The translations under genes were made by a program, and so were the position numbers. Positions 1 through 10,610 of a DNA stretch of 64,000 bases are shown one piece after another. Every line of letters starts with the position of its first letter. The first letter of the stretch is position 1. Origin of the DNA: a bacterium (GTDB lineage: Bacteria; UBA8248). The DNA is taken from assembly GCA_965261085.1 (NCBI GenBank), contig OZ253442.1, positions 3,872,001 to 3,936,000 on the forward strand, in the 5' to 3' direction. The notes below the pieces were generated by a model. That model saw only the letters and a program-made list of their open reading frames with translations, ran no database searches and was not told where the DNA came from.

Positions 1-763
1 GGACTTGGGAGAGTACGTTTTGCCCAGATGTCGCATCCAATACGAGCAACACCTCATGGGGCGCCGTATCGATGAGGCGTTGCGTCACGCGTCTGAGCTT
101 CTTCAATTCTTCCATGAGATTGTGTTTCGTGTGCAAGCGTCCCGCTGTATCCACAAGCAATATATCGACGCCACGCGCCTTCGCCGCCTGAACGGCGTCA
201 TACACCACAGCAGATGAATCCGCTCCCTCTTTGTGGCGGATAATTTCGCATCCGCTCCGCTCCGCCCATACCGTCAACTGTTCACCGGCCGCGGCCCGAA
301 ACGTATCCCCCGCCGCTAGCATGACCTTCCATTTTTCCGCCGAGTAACGCGACGCGAGTTTTCCGGCTGTTGTCGTCTTGCCCACGCCGTTGACGCCCAC
401 CAAGAAAATGATTCTGGGCTCGCCTCGAGGAGGATCCTGCGGTGTAAACGCAGGTGGGGATACAGGGTTTTCAAGACAAGAGTGCATGATTTCTTTAACG
501 CGCGTCTGCGCATCCGCCCCCCTGCCTTCTCCCGCATTCAATTTCCCCAGTAGTGACTCGACAAGAGGGGGACCCAGATCCGCCATGTAGAGAACTTCTT
601 CTAACTCCTCAAGCGTATCCTCATCAATGCTCCCCGCGATTAAACCCTTCACTTGGCCGAGAAAACCCCCTCTCGTCCTCGAGAGACCTTCGCGCAATCT
701 GCCGAACCAGCCTTTTTCGCCACTACCCCTCTCCAAACTTCTTTTCTTCCCGGAATCAGACAT
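1..763 (-). CDS. ftsY: Signal recognition particle receptor FtsY (partial, runs off the left edge)
   Basis: Not in the ORF track (no stop in window). Manual translation gives MSDSGKK...[16 protein letters not shown]...[14 protein letters not shown]...[21 protein letters not shown] upstream; follows smc. Confidence 0.95.
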   Translation of the reverse strand, partial: MSDSGKKRSLERGSGEKGWFGRLREGLSRTRGGFLGQVKGLIAGSIDEDTLEELEEVLYMADLGPPLVESLLGKLNAGEGRGADAQTRVKEIMHSCLENPVSPPAFTPQDPPRGEPRIIFLVGVNGVGKTTTAGKLASRYSAEKWKVMLAAGDTFRAAAGEQLTVWAERSGCEIIRHKEGADSSAVVYDAVQAAKARGVDILLVDTAGRLHTKHNLMEELKKLRRVTQRLIDTAPHEVLLVLDATSGQNVLSQV

Positions 764-861
764 CAAAGATATTTCCTCCGGCCCACGCCAAACAAACCAA
801 CCCCGGCGCCAGTGCACCGGGGTCATCTTCAACAAAACCTTTCATTAAAATACGGACGATA

Positions 862-3800
862 CTACACCCGCGATCCCAACACTGTATCCTCCACACCATT
901 TACTCTCGCATCTTCACGGTTCAGCTTTACGGAAACAATTTCCGAAACACCTTTTTCTCTTTGCGTCACGCCATAGAGTTGATTCGCGTACGACATGGTC
1001 TTTTTGTTATGGGTGATGATGATGAACTGACTCCGATCCTCGAGTTCGGCGATCACTTCCCGAAAACGCCCGACATTGACGTCGTCTAGGGTAGCGTCCA
1101 CCTCATCGAGAATGCAAAACGGACTCGGCCGAACGCTGAACACCGCGAACAGCAAAGAAAGGGCGGTGAGCGCTTTCTCCCCAGCTGAGAGAAGCATAAT
1201 GTTCGAAGGACGCTTGCCCGGGGGTTTCACCTCGATGTCGACACCCGTCTCCAGAGGGTCATTCGGATCGAGTAAAAACATGCGTGCCTCACCTCCCTGA
1301 AAAAGACGGCCAAAGATATCCTCGAAGGCATTACCCACCTCCTCGAACGCCGCCAAGAAGCGGGATTTCGTCGTCTTGTTCAGTCTCTCGATCGTAGTGT
1401 GGAGATCGGTGATGGAATTTTCGAGATCTTGTTGCTGTTCTTGTAAAAACACATATTCCTGGTTGATCTCATCGTATTCTTGCGCGGCCAGAGGATTCAC
1501 CTCCCCCATGCGAGAAATCCTTTGGTTCAGCATCTCCAGCCGATTCACAATCTCCTGATACTGGGGCAGTTCTTCCCGCCGACTCTCAGCAGTCTCCTTG
1601 AGATTGACCTGATATTCCGCCTCGGCAGATTCCAACATGGATTCTCGTTGTACGCGAAGCGTCGTCCGTAGTTCCGCCGCCTCGCTTACCTCAACGTTTA
1701 GGTGCGAAGCCTTCCCCTTCATCTCTCGAATCGAATCACCCAGTTCCTCATAACGCGATTGCATTTCCCGTAAAACGCGATCACGTTCCGCCTGCTCGGC
1801 CGCTACTTTGGCTTTTTCATCCTGGAAGGCGGATATCTCCTCTTCGCTTTGAGCGAGGCTTTCTTCTAGGCGCTTTCTCTTTTCTCTCGATTCGTGCTGT
1901 TCTTCTTCTCTACGAATTTTGCGCGCCGTGTTCTGAGATATCCCATCCTCTATCCGATGGACTTCGGCCTGACCGCCTGCCACCTTTCCGTTGATTTCCG
2001 TCAAGGCGACTTTTTTATCCGTCACACGCGCCTCGACCTCTGAATACCGCAGACTGGCGCCGCTCACCTTTTTCTGGATATCCTGGATACGCAAAGTGAA
2101 TTCCCGAATCGTTTCTTCCAAACAGAGGCTCTCATCTTTGGCGGTTCGGAGAGCCTCCACGAGACGCATCTGCTCCTCGCGCGTCAGCTCTTGCGTAGCC
2201 TCGAGTGCGACCAGCCGTTTCCTCAACTCTTCGTGCCTGCCTTCCACTGCCTGGAGGGCCCCCTCCGCCTCCACGCGCACCACCTCAGCCCGTTGATACG
2301 CCTCGGTCGCATGAAGGCTTCTTTGCTCCGCTTTTGTGAGTTGCTCGCTCAATTTCTGTGAAATCGGCTCTAATTCAAAAAGTTGCACCTCAAAATGTTC
2401 AACCTTCAGGCGCATCTCCTCACATCTTCTTGAACGCTCCAAAAAACCCTCGTTTTTGGTCAAACCACCTTCAACCACGCCATTCGCGTGAATAATTTCA
2501 CCATTCAAAGTCACGCAAACGACGCCTTGGGGTCCATCGCACCATGCCGCCTGCGCAGCATCGATATCCTCCACCACAACAATATTGCCAAGCAGCGACT
2601 GAACGAGATGGCGATAATCCATGTCACAACGGACAAAATCCGCGGCTACGCCCAGAACACTCTCTCCCAACGGGACGACGGCACATGGCTGAGCACCGAC
2701 TTCGGCTGGTAGAGCTACACCCCGCCCGGCTTCCGAACTCATCAGCGCACGAATCGCATCTACCGCATCGCCAGGGGTTTTCACGACGACGCCCATCAAC
2801 TTATCCCCAAGGGCCGTTTCGATGGCTTTTTCAAACTTCGGGTCGACTCGAATGACTTCGGAGAAAGACATCAGAACTTCAGCGCCACAAGACCTGAACG
2901 CATCCGTATCTGCGATTCCGCTCTCCTCAGAGCCTAAAACACCCTCTAAGACCGAGAGGGCGGATTTCGCTTCCATCAACGATTCTTTCGTCCCAGCCAC
3001 GGATTCTTCATGGCGGGCCGACAACTCGGACGCCCGCGCACACTCAGACCTTGCCTGTTCAAGTTCTTGTTTTGCTTGACTTTCAGATGCAACCAGCGAT
3101 TCTAACCGGCTTCTAGTATCACTAAGGTCGGTTTTGGCCGATTCGAGTTGGCACTTGATCTCCTCGTTCTCTTCGCCAATCTTTTCCGTGGACTCAGCCA
3201 GCCCCTCACGCCTCGATTCGATGGAGGCGATTCGCTGACGTGCCGCACTCAAACGCTCCCTTTCCTCCTCTTGAGCGCGTCTGGCCTCATGAAGAGCCCG
3301 CTCGAATTCCCTTGTATTCTCCCGAACGGCCGCCAATTCCGCCACGCTGACGTCATACTCCTGGCACGCAAGGCCCGATTGTTCCGTAAGCACTGCAAGG
3401 GTTGAGGCAAGTCCGATTCTTTCATTCTCAAAAGTCGTGATTTCAACGTCGAGAGTCTGGATCTCCTCCGCGCGACGCTCATCTTCCGTATCAAGTTCCG
3501 CGAGGCGGCTGCTTAGCATCTCGACTCGATTCTCTAGGCGCTGGAGGCAGCCCTCCACCTCCACCGCACGTCGGCGGGATTCCGCCAATACCTCTGAGCG
3601 CTCGGTGAGCAAAATACGCCCACTTTCCCTTTCGGCTTCAAGAGAAGACAATTTCGCCGACACCGCTTGTTCTTCTTCTTTGATGCGGACATACACTTTT
3701 TCCGCCGGAACAAGCTCATCCACAAGTTTGAGGTAGTCGAGTGCCATGATTCTTTGGGAAAGATCGGAAACTTCGGTTTGATATTCTTTATGAAAAGTCG

Positions 3801-4446
3801 CTTTCCTCGCTTGGCGGCGCAAAGAGCGAAGGCGGGTTTCTTTCTCACGCATGATGTCGGCCACACGAAGCAGATTCGCCTGCGCAAGCTCCAGTTTGCG
3901 CAGCGCTTCGTTTCGCCTGCTCTTGTATTTCATGATGCCGGCGGCTTCTTCAATCAGAACTCGCCTGTCCATAGGCCTCGCATTCACGAGAGTTTCTATT
4001 TTGCCCTGCTCCACGATGGAGAAAGTATCGAGAGAAACGCCGGTGTCGAGAAACAAATCGACGATGTCTTTGAGGCGGCAGGGATTGCGATTGATGAGAT
4101 ATTCACTTTCCCCGGAGCGATACAAGCGGCGGGTGACCACAACCTCGTCAAAATCCTTGAATGCAGGAGAGGTCACTACCCCTTTGAGATCGGTGAGAGT
4201 AAGCGAGACCTCGGACATCCCGAGTTGTTTGCGCTCGGCGCTGCCGTTGAAGATGACATCCTCCATCTTCTTTGATCGCATGTTTTTGGGAGCCTGTTCA
4301 CCCAGAACCCATCGAACGGCATCGCATACATTGCTTTTGCCGCATCCGTTGGGTCCGACCACAGCCGTAAGACCCTCGCCAATTTCAATCACGGTCTTTT
4401 CAACGAAGGACTTGAACCCCTGCATCTCCAAGCGTTGGAATCGCAA
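862..4446 (-). CDS. smc: Chromosome segregation protein SMC
   Basis: GFKSF, Walker A GPNGCGKSN, coiled coils with hinge, LSAGEK signature, Walker B ILDEVD. ORF is open to 4506; TTG at 4446 is the probable start. Confidence 0.97.
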   Translation of the reverse strand: MRFQRLEMQGFKSFVEKTVIEIGEGLTAVVGPNGCGKSNVCDAVRWVLGEQAPKNMRSKKMEDVIFNGSAERKQLGMSEVSLTLTDLKGVVTSPAFKDFDEVVVTRRLYRSGESEYLINRNPCRLKDIVDLFLDTGVSLDTFSIVEQGKIETLVNARPMDRRVLIEEAAGIMKYKSRRNEALRKLELAQANLLRVADIMREKETRLRSLRRQARKATFHKEYQTEVSDLSQRIMALDYLKLVDELVPAEKVYVRIKEEEQAVSAKLSSLEAERESGRILLTERSEVLAESRRRAVEVEGCLQRLENRVEMLSSRLAELDTEDERRAEEIQTLDVEITTFENERIGLASTLAVLTEQSGLACQEYDVSVAELAAVRENTREFERALHEARRAQEEERERLSAARQRIASIESRREGLAESTEKIGEENEEIKCQLESAKTDLSDTRSRLESLVASESQAKQELEQARSECARASELSARHEESVAGTKESLMEAKSALSVLEGVLGSEESGIADTDAFRSCGAEVLMSFSEVIRVDPKFEKAIETALGDKLMGVVVKTPGDAVDAIRALMSSEAGRGVALPAEVGAQPCAVVPLGESVLGVAADFVRCDMDYRHLVQSLLGNIVVVEDIDAAQAAWCDGPQGVVCVTLNGEIIHANGVVEGGLTKNEGFLERSRRCEEMRLKVEHFEVQLFELEPISQKLSEQLTKAEQRSLHATEAYQRAEVVRVEAEGALQAVEGRHEELRKRLVALEATQELTREEQMRLVEALRTAKDESLCLEETIREFTLRIQDIQKKVSGASLRYSEVEARVTDKKVALTEINGKVAGGQAEVHRIEDGISQNTARKIRREEEQHESREKRKRLEESLAQSEEEISAFQDEKAKVAAEQAERDRVLREMQSRYEELGDSIREMKGKASHLNVEVSEAAELRTTLRVQRESMLESAEAEYQVNLKETAESRREELPQYQEIVNRLEMLNQRISRMGEVNPLAAQEYDEINQEYVFLQEQQQDLENSITDLHTTIERLNKTTKSRFLAAFEEVGNAFEDIFGRLFQGGEARMFLLDPNDPLETGVDIEVKPPGKRPSNIMLLSAGEKALTALSLLFAVFSVRPSPFCILDEVDATLDDVNVGRFREVIAELEDRSQFIIITHNKKTMSYANQLYGVTQREKGVSEIVSVKLNREDARVNGVEDTVLGSRV

Positions 4447-4586
4447 ATTCAACACCTCGGCGGACGAATGAACTTCATTATCAGGGGGCGGTTTGGAACT
4501 ATACAAGGGCGGTAGGAATCAATAACTTATCAGAATTACCCAACATCCGTAAAGCAAAAATAACACATTCTTGGAACTTGGTATCG

Positions 4587-5264
4587 CTAGGCTTCCTCAA
4601 TCTTATGAACTGCTTCTTTCGCAGCGACCTGCTCGGCCGCCTTTTTGGTCGTGCCTTGGCCACGTCCCATTACCTTACGACCGAGGCGAACTTCGACCTC
4701 GAATTCTTTTTCGTGCTCGGGACCACTCTCTCGAACCAGACGATAACCAGGCGGCTTATTTCCATTTTTTTGAGCCAACCGCTGAAGCTGGCTTTTGAAA
4801 TCTTGAGATAGGACATCTTCTTCATTCAAGCCCGCAGCCCAGAACCATGATTCCGCCCATTGCGCGCAACGGGTGTAACCGGCATCGAGATAAATGGCGC
4901 CAACCAACGCCTCGACTGCTCCCGCCTGGATGGAGGGCTTCTGTCGACCTCCCGTTTTCTCCTCCCCTTTGCCCAAACGAAGGAAATCTCCCAACCCACG
5001 GCGCCTAAAAATACCCGCCAAAGAGCGGCCATTTACCCGTTCTGAGCGCATATGGGTCAAAACACCTTCATCATCCGCCGGAAAATCTTTCCAGAGTTTT
5101 TCCGTCACGATGAGCTGCAAAACAGCATCACCTAAAAATTCCAGTCGTTCATTATCTGAAATGGGAGTTGAACTTTCTTGAGAAAAAGAGCGGTGCGTCA
5201 GGGCCCGAACGAGGAGTTCTTTATTCGAAAACGAATAACCGACTTGGGTTTCGATTTCACCCAG
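4587..5264 (-). CDS. rnc: Ribonuclease III (probable non-canonical CTG start)
   Basis: NERLEFLGDAVL signature and C-terminal dsRBD (DFKSQLQ...KKAAEQVAA). Start position uncertain, see findings. Confidence 0.95.
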   Translation of the reverse strand: MGEIETQVGYSFSNKELLVRALTHRSFSQESSTPISDNERLEFLGDAVLQLIVTEKLWKDFPADDEGVLTHMRSERVNGRSLAGIFRRRGLGDFLRLGKGEEKTGGRQKPSIQAGAVEALVGAIYLDAGYTRCAQWAESWFWAAGLNEEDVLSQDFKSQLQRLAQKNGNKPPGYRLVRESGPEHEKEFEVEVRLGRKVMGRGQGTTKKAAEQVAAKEAVHKIEEA

Positions 5265-5328
5265 GGTAACACCCCTTGCACCAAAACCGGAGAATTTCCC
5301 GTTTCTGTTGTTGGCCGAACCGTTTTTT

Positions 5329-6606
5329 TTAAGCTGCGTTGCTTTCCGCTCTCTTGAATAAGAGCGACGCGTTGGTTCCCCCGAACCCAAATGAGTTTGT
5401 GATGGCACAGCCGATGTCCGCTTTCCGGGCAGAGTTAGGCACATAGTCGAGATCGCATTCCGGATCCGGAGTGTCCAAATTGATCGTGGGAGGAATACAC
5501 TGATTTTTAAGCGCCAAGATAGTGAAAACCGATTCCACGCCTCCCGCCGCGCCCAGAAGATGCCCGGTCATAGATTTTGTGGAACTGACACTAAGTTTGT
5601 AGGCATGTTCGCCAAATGTTTTTTTGATGGCTGTCGTTTCGAGTCTATCTCCCGCGCCGGTGGATGTGCCATGTGCGTTAATGTATTCCACATCCTCAGG
5701 CTCGAGTCCTGCATCATTCAGCGCCATGTCCATACAGCGGGCCGCTCCGTTACCACCCGGGTCAGGGGAGGTGATGTGATGAGCGTCGGAAGTGAGCCCA
5801 TAGCCGCTGAGTTCAGCGTAAATGTCCGCGCCCCGCGCTACGGCATGTTCATAACGCTCCAGGATCACGACACCAGCTCCCTCCGCCATCACGAATCCAT
5901 CCCTATCCACATCAAAAGGACGGCTCGCCCTCTCAGGGTCATCGTTACGGGTGCTGAGCGCTCGCATCGCGCAAAATCCCGCCATGGCCAATTCCGTGAT
6001 GCAGGATTCACCGCCACCGGCCACCATGACATCAACCAAGCCGCGCTGAATACACTTCATCGAGTCTCCGATGGCGTGATTGCCGGAGGCGCACGCAGTG
6101 GTTGTGCAAATGTTAGGCCCTTTCAATCCCCAACGCATCGAAACCTGGCCTGCGGCCAAGTTCCCCAACAACATGGGGATGAAAAAAGGGCTGATGCGCG
6201 TCGGGTCCCTTTTTTCCAATAAAATCTTATTCGCTTCAATGGCTGGCAAACCGCCCAAACCCACACCGATAATGGTGCCGTATCGTGGCGCTACTTCCTC
6301 ATCCGGGACACCAAGACCCGCATCATCGAAAGCCATTTGAGAGGCCGCGATAACGTATTGGATAAAAGTGTCCATTTTCTTGAGTTCTTTGCGGGAAATA
6401 TAATTCTCAGGTTCAAAACCTTTTACTTCGCCGCAGATCCGCGACGCCAAGCGATCCGAGCAAAATCGGGATACTTTACCAATGCCCGAGCGACCCTGCA
6501 TCAAGGCTTCCCAGTTTTCCTCTATAGACAAGCCCAGCGGTGTAAGCAGCCCCAATCCCGTGACGACAACCCGCACATCCGACTTCAATAAACCTTGGCT
6601 ATTCAT
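5329..6606 (-). CDS. fabF: 3-oxoacyl-ACP synthase II
   Basis: RVVVTGLG, TTACASG, INAHGTST, KSMTGHLLGAAG, NSFGFGGTN motifs. Confidence 0.97.
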   Translation of the reverse strand: MNSQGLLKSDVRVVVTGLGLLTPLGLSIEENWEALMQGRSGIGKVSRFCSDRLASRICGEVKGFEPENYISRKELKKMDTFIQYVIAASQMAFDDAGLGVPDEEVAPRYGTIIGVGLGGLPAIEANKILLEKRDPTRISPFFIPMLLGNLAAGQVSMRWGLKGPNICTTTACASGNHAIGDSMKCIQRGLVDVMVAGGGESCITELAMAGFCAMRALSTRNDDPERASRPFDVDRDGFVMAEGAGVVILERYEHAVARGADIYAELSGYGLTSDAHHITSPDPGGNGAARCMDMALNDAGLEPEDVEYINAHGTSTGAGDRLETTAIKKTFGEHAYKLSVSSTKSMTGHLLGAAGGVESVFTILALKNQCIPPTINLDTPDPECDLDYVPNSARKADIGCAITNSFGFGGTNASLLFKRAESNAA

Positions 6607-6641
6607 GCTTCCTCTTCGATTTGCAGACCAACGAGGTTTCT

Positions 6642-6884
6642 CTAATCTCCAGGCACCTTGGAGATATAGTCGTACGCATCTTGAACCTTGGAAATTTTCT
6701 CCGCTTCTTCATCAGGTATTTCGATACCGAATTTCTCCTCAAACGCCATGACGAGTTCTACGGTATCCAGTGAATCTGCTCCCAGGTCATCGGTGAATGA
6801 AGCTTCTGGCACCACCTTTTCAGGCTCCACACTCAATTGTTCAACAATGATTTCTCTTATTTGTGCTTTGATATCATCTGTCAC
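6642..6884 (-). CDS. acpP: Acyl carrier protein
   Basis: [18 protein letters not shown] motif. Confidence 0.97.
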   Translation of the reverse strand: MTDDIKAQIREIIVEQLSVEPEKVVPEASFTDDLGADSLDTVELVMAFEEKFGIEIPDEEAEKISKVQDAYDYISKVPGD

Positions 6885-7054
6885 GCCGATTCCTCCGAAA
6901 ATCTTCCTCTGAAACCGGTATTGGGACGTCTCTTCAACAAGAACATAGACCCAATACTCTTTTACACATCTGTGGGGCGGCCGTCCAGAATTCTATGACC
7001 TGTTTCCACTCCCTTTAATGCAAGCTTCAGTAACATCATACACAGGCATGAAAT

Positions 7055-7993
7055 TCAGTTTAACTCGCCCAAGGCCAAAACTGCTTTCTCCAGACTCTGC
7101 GTATCTTCCACATTATGCACCGGTATACCTTCCAATATCCGTTTATTCAATCCTGAGAGCACCTTCCCCGGGCCCAACTCGACCATAACATCGGGTTTTT
7201 CCTCACCTGCCGCACGGACTGCATCTTCCCACCGCACGGCGGAGCGAATCTGCCGTTTGAGCAACTCCCTTACCTGTTTTCCATCCTGAACGGGTTGAGC
7301 CGTCACATTCGCATAGACGGGGATCGAAGGATCGGCGATATCCGCTTCGTCGAGAACTTGACTCATACGCTCCGCAGCTTCGCTCAGCAAAGAACAATGG
7401 AAGGGTGCTCCAACCGGAAGCATGACCGCCTTCCTGGCTCCTTTGTCTGTCGCCAAACGCGCGGCGGACTCCACCGCGTCCTTCTCTCCTGACAAGACAT
7501 ATTGGCCGGGGGCATTATAATTTGCAACCTCCACCACGCCTTTGATGTCCTTGCAAATGGCTTCGGCAACCTCTCTATTAATGCCGAGCAGGGCCGCCAT
7601 GGCGCCACCTCGCTCGGGGACGGCCTCGTGCATGAAGCGGCCTCTTTGCTTCACCAATTCAACGCCGGTCTGGAAATCGATGGCCCCAGCCGCCATAAGG
7701 GCGGAGTATTCCCCCAAGCTGTGCCCCAAGGCGAGAGCAGCACTGAAACCGCACTCACGCAGTAGAGTGCATGCGATATGACTATGAACCAGAATCGCAG
7801 GCTGGGTGTGGCAAGTGAGCGTCAATTCCGACTTGGGGCCTTCAAAGCTGAGCCTGGCGAGGTCCCATCCTAAAATATCACTCGCCTGCTCATAGGCTTC
7901 TCGAGCGAATGGATACTCATCATAGAATTGCTTGCCCATGCCGACATACTGCGAACCTTGTCCTGGAAACAAAAACGCAATTTTCACAGCCAT
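7055..7993 (-). CDS. fabD: Malonyl-CoA:ACP transacylase
   Basis: FPGQGSQ, GHSLGEY and APFH motifs. Confidence 0.97.
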   Translation of the reverse strand: MAVKIAFLFPGQGSQYVGMGKQFYDEYPFAREAYEQASDILGWDLARLSFEGPKSELTLTCHTQPAILVHSHIACTLLRECGFSAALALGHSLGEYSALMAAGAIDFQTGVELVKQRGRFMHEAVPERGGAMAALLGINREVAEAICKDIKGVVEVANYNAPGQYVLSGEKDAVESAARLATDKGARKAVMLPVGAPFHCSLLSEAAERMSQVLDEADIADPSIPVYANVTAQPVQDGKQVRELLKRQIRSAVRWEDAVRAAGEEKPDVMVELGPGKVLSGLNKRILEGIPVHNVEDTQSLEKAVLALGELN

Positions 7994-8098
7994 CTAGCAA
8001 CCCTTACCTATGGCATGAACGGCGAAGCTATAAACTATTATGCTCGCAGATAAAACGGGGCGGGGGGTGAAGCGGAATCTTTCCGGGCGTTCATATCA

Positions 8099-9088
8099 TC
8101 ACTTCCACTCGACCAAAGCCGCACCCCAAGTGAGGCCTCCGCCGAATGCAGCCATGAGGACATTATCTCCGCTTCGAATTTTCCCCTCTCTCACCGATTC
8201 ATCCAACGCAACCGGGATGGTGGCCGCGGACATATTGCCATATTTGTTAATCGTGATAACCACTTTATCCATTGACAATTTAAGCCGTTTCGCCACGGCT
8301 TCGATAATACGCAGATTCGCCTGATGCGGGATGAACAAATCCACATCATCCAAAGTGAGACCGCTTCGCTCCAGCGTTTCATTGCATACTTCCAGGAAAT
8401 AGCGCACAGCCGTCTTGAACGTCTCTTGTCCCCTCATTTGCAGCAAATGCTCTTTGTTATGCACATCGTCCGGCGTCATCGGGGCGAATCGCGAACCGCC
8501 TCCGGGGACCACAATGAGTTCCCCGGCTTTCCCGTCGCTATACACCTTGGAATCCATGATGCCTCTTGTCCCGTTTTCCGACGCCCCTAAAACAACGGCG
8601 CCCGCTCCATCGCCCCACAAAACGCAAGTGCCTCTATCTTCCCAATTCGTCACCCGCGTCATGACATCGGCGGAAACCAGGAGCACTTTTTTCATTATGC
8701 CCGCGCGAATGTACGCATCCGCCGCCTGAAGGCCATAGACGAAGCCCGTGCACGCCGCATTCAAATCAAACGCCGCTGCCCTGTGCGCGCCGATATGAGC
8801 CTGGAGCCAACAAGCGGCCGCCGGGCACATCGTATCCGGCGTAAGAGTGGTTACGATGATGAGATCGATGTCCTCGGCACGCACCTCCGCCGCCTCCAGC
8901 GCCTGATTGGCGGCATGAATCGAAAGGTGGGAAGTCGCTTCATCGGCCTTCGCCACACGCCGCTCGCTGATTCCCGTTCGAGCGCGAATCCACTGATCGC
9001 TGGTGTCGACCATCTTTTCCAGATCGGCATTCGTGAGAACTCTTTCAGGGACATAAGAACCTGTCCCCAAAATGACGGAGCGGGTCAA
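8099..9088 (-). CDS. fabH: 3-oxoacyl-ACP synthase III
   Basis: DLNAACTGF, PHQANLRII, YGNMSAA, FGGGLTWG motifs. Confidence 0.97.
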   Translation of the reverse strand: MTRSVILGTGSYVPERVLTNADLEKMVDTSDQWIRARTGISERRVAKADEATSHLSIHAANQALEAAEVRAEDIDLIIVTTLTPDTMCPAAACWLQAHIGAHRAAAFDLNAACTGFVYGLQAADAYIRAGIMKKVLLVSADVMTRVTNWEDRGTCVLWGDGAGAVVLGASENGTRGIMDSKVYSDGKAGELIVVPGGGSRFAPMTPDDVHNKEHLLQMRGQETFKTAVRYFLEVCNETLERSGLTLDDVDLFIPHQANLRIIEAVAKRLKLSMDKVVITINKYGNMSAATIPVALDESVREGKIRSGDNVLMAAFGGGLTWGAALVEWK

Positions 9089-9164
9089 TATATGATTCCC
9101 TATTCGGGCGAGATAACTACCAAGGTGTGAGCGTAGTCGAAAATCGGCTCAGATATCAAGAGGG

Positions 9165-10268
9165 CTAATTTTCTTCATCGACGCTCTTTTTTTCGTCCCC
9201 CGTTACCTTCTCATAGAAAATGCCCGTTCGTATTTGATTCCACAAACGCCAGCCCACATCCCCACTTCGCTGTATGGAGGTATGCTTGTCAATCTCTTTT
9301 TGTATTTTGGCATTGAGATCGACTTTGACAATGCTCGCCGTCGTGCGGATGGCATTTTTCACGGCCTTCGAGTTGCTGCGACCATGTCCAATTGTACAAA
9401 TTCCTCCTAAACCCAGCAATGGCGCTGCTCCATATTCGGAATAATCGGTTCTTTGGCGCATGGATTTCAGACCATTTTGCAAAAACATATATCCAATCTT
9501 GCTGCGCATCGAACCGACGATCTGCTCTCGGAGCAGCGTCGTCAGCATCTCGCTGAGACTCTCACTCACCTTCAAAGCCACGTTGCCCACGAACCCATCG
9601 CACACGATCACGTCCGTGCCGCCCTGAAAAATTGTGCTCCCCTCGACATTGCCCACAAAATTCAAATCGCTTTTCACAAAAATCTCATGGACCGCCTTGA
9701 GGACATCGGTTCCTTTGGAATCTTCTCCGCCCACGTTCAACAGGCCCACTGTGGGCGCGGGTTTCTTGAAAACTTCCTCGGTATACACGGAACCCATGAT
9801 CCCGAACTGGAACAAGTGCTGCGCCCGTGGGGACAAATTCGCGCCCACGTCCAGCATAACGGAAAATCCTTTGAGGGTGGGGATCAAAGCGGCAATGGCA
9901 GGCCGCTGAACTCCTGGCATACGCTGCAAAACAGTCAAACCCGTGGCGAAGGCGCCTCCGGTGTCCCCCGCGCTGAACACCGCCTGCGCTTCTCCGTCCT
10001 TGACCAATTGAAGAGCGATGCGCATGGATGAATCCGGCTTGGTCTTCACCGATTTTGTGGGTGATTCACCCATATCGATGACTTGACTCGCCGCGCGAAT
10101 TTCAAAGGTATCATTAGAAACTCCAAGACGCTCGAGTTCCGTCTCGATTCGCTCCGGCACACCCACCAAGATGGATTCGATACCCTCTTCCCGGTGAGCA
10201 TCCAACGCTCCTTCTATTATGGCCGAAGGCGCTTTGTCTCCCCCCATGGCATCTATCGCAATTTTCAT
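9165..10268 (-). CDS. plsX: Phosphate acyltransferase PlsX
   Basis: MKIAIDAMGGD, DGFVGNVALK, GHGRS motifs; gene context. Confidence 0.97.
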   Translation of the reverse strand: MKIAIDAMGGDKAPSAIIEGALDAHREEGIESILVGVPERIETELERLGVSNDTFEIRAASQVIDMGESPTKSVKTKPDSSMRIALQLVKDGEAQAVFSAGDTGGAFATGLTVLQRMPGVQRPAIAALIPTLKGFSVMLDVGANLSPRAQHLFQFGIMGSVYTEEVFKKPAPTVGLLNVGGEDSKGTDVLKAVHEIFVKSDLNFVGNVEGSTIFQGGTDVIVCDGFVGNVALKVSESLSEMLTTLLREQIVGSMRSKIGYMFLQNGLKSMRQRTDYSEYGAAPLLGLGGICTIGHGRSNSKAVKNAIRTTASIVKVDLNAKIQKEIDKHTSIQRSGDVGWRLWNQIRTGIFYEKVTGDEKKSVDEEN

Positions 10269-10288
10269 CTTCTCTTCCAGAGGTAATA

Positions 10289-10468
10289 TTATACCTTTAC
10301 TTCTAGAACTTTTTGGCCCTTGTAATACCCGCAGATATTACACACCCGGTGAGGCAACACCGGATGATTGCAATTCGAGCAAACCGCGACCGATGGTTTT
10401 GCTACTTTATAGTGTGTTCTTCTTTTGCGGCCTCGCGTCTGCGAGTGCCGACGTTTGGGAAGTCCCAC
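10289..10468 (-). CDS. rpmF: 50S ribosomal protein L32 (59 aa, Zn-ribbon type; absent from the ORF track)
   Basis: Manual translation from GTG: MGLPKRRHSQTRGRKRRTHYKVAKPSVAVCSNCNHPVLPHRVCNICGYYKGQKVLEVKV. AAGGAG upstream; lies between yceD and plsX. Confidence 0.95.
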   Translation of the reverse strand: MGLPKRRHSQTRGRKRRTHYKVAKPSVAVCSNCNHPVLPHRVCNICGYYKGQKVLEVKV

Positions 10469-10610
10469 AGCACTGCACTCCTTTCACAATAATGCGTCAA
10501 ACACGACCATTTCCCTCGCATGCCTCTCGGCTTCATGCCCGGAAATGAATCGCCATATGATACCACAGATTGCAAATTTCAGATTCATCCCACACGAACT
10601 ACCACAAACA

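Noticed and set aside
316-537. Apparent absence or frameshift of ftsY in the ORF track
   Set aside because: The N-terminal (763) and edge (70) segments translate in the same frame; it is missing only because the stop lies outside the window
8020-8050. dif-like site (ATAAACTATTATGCT)
   Set aside because: Only a partial match to the XerC/XerD consensus
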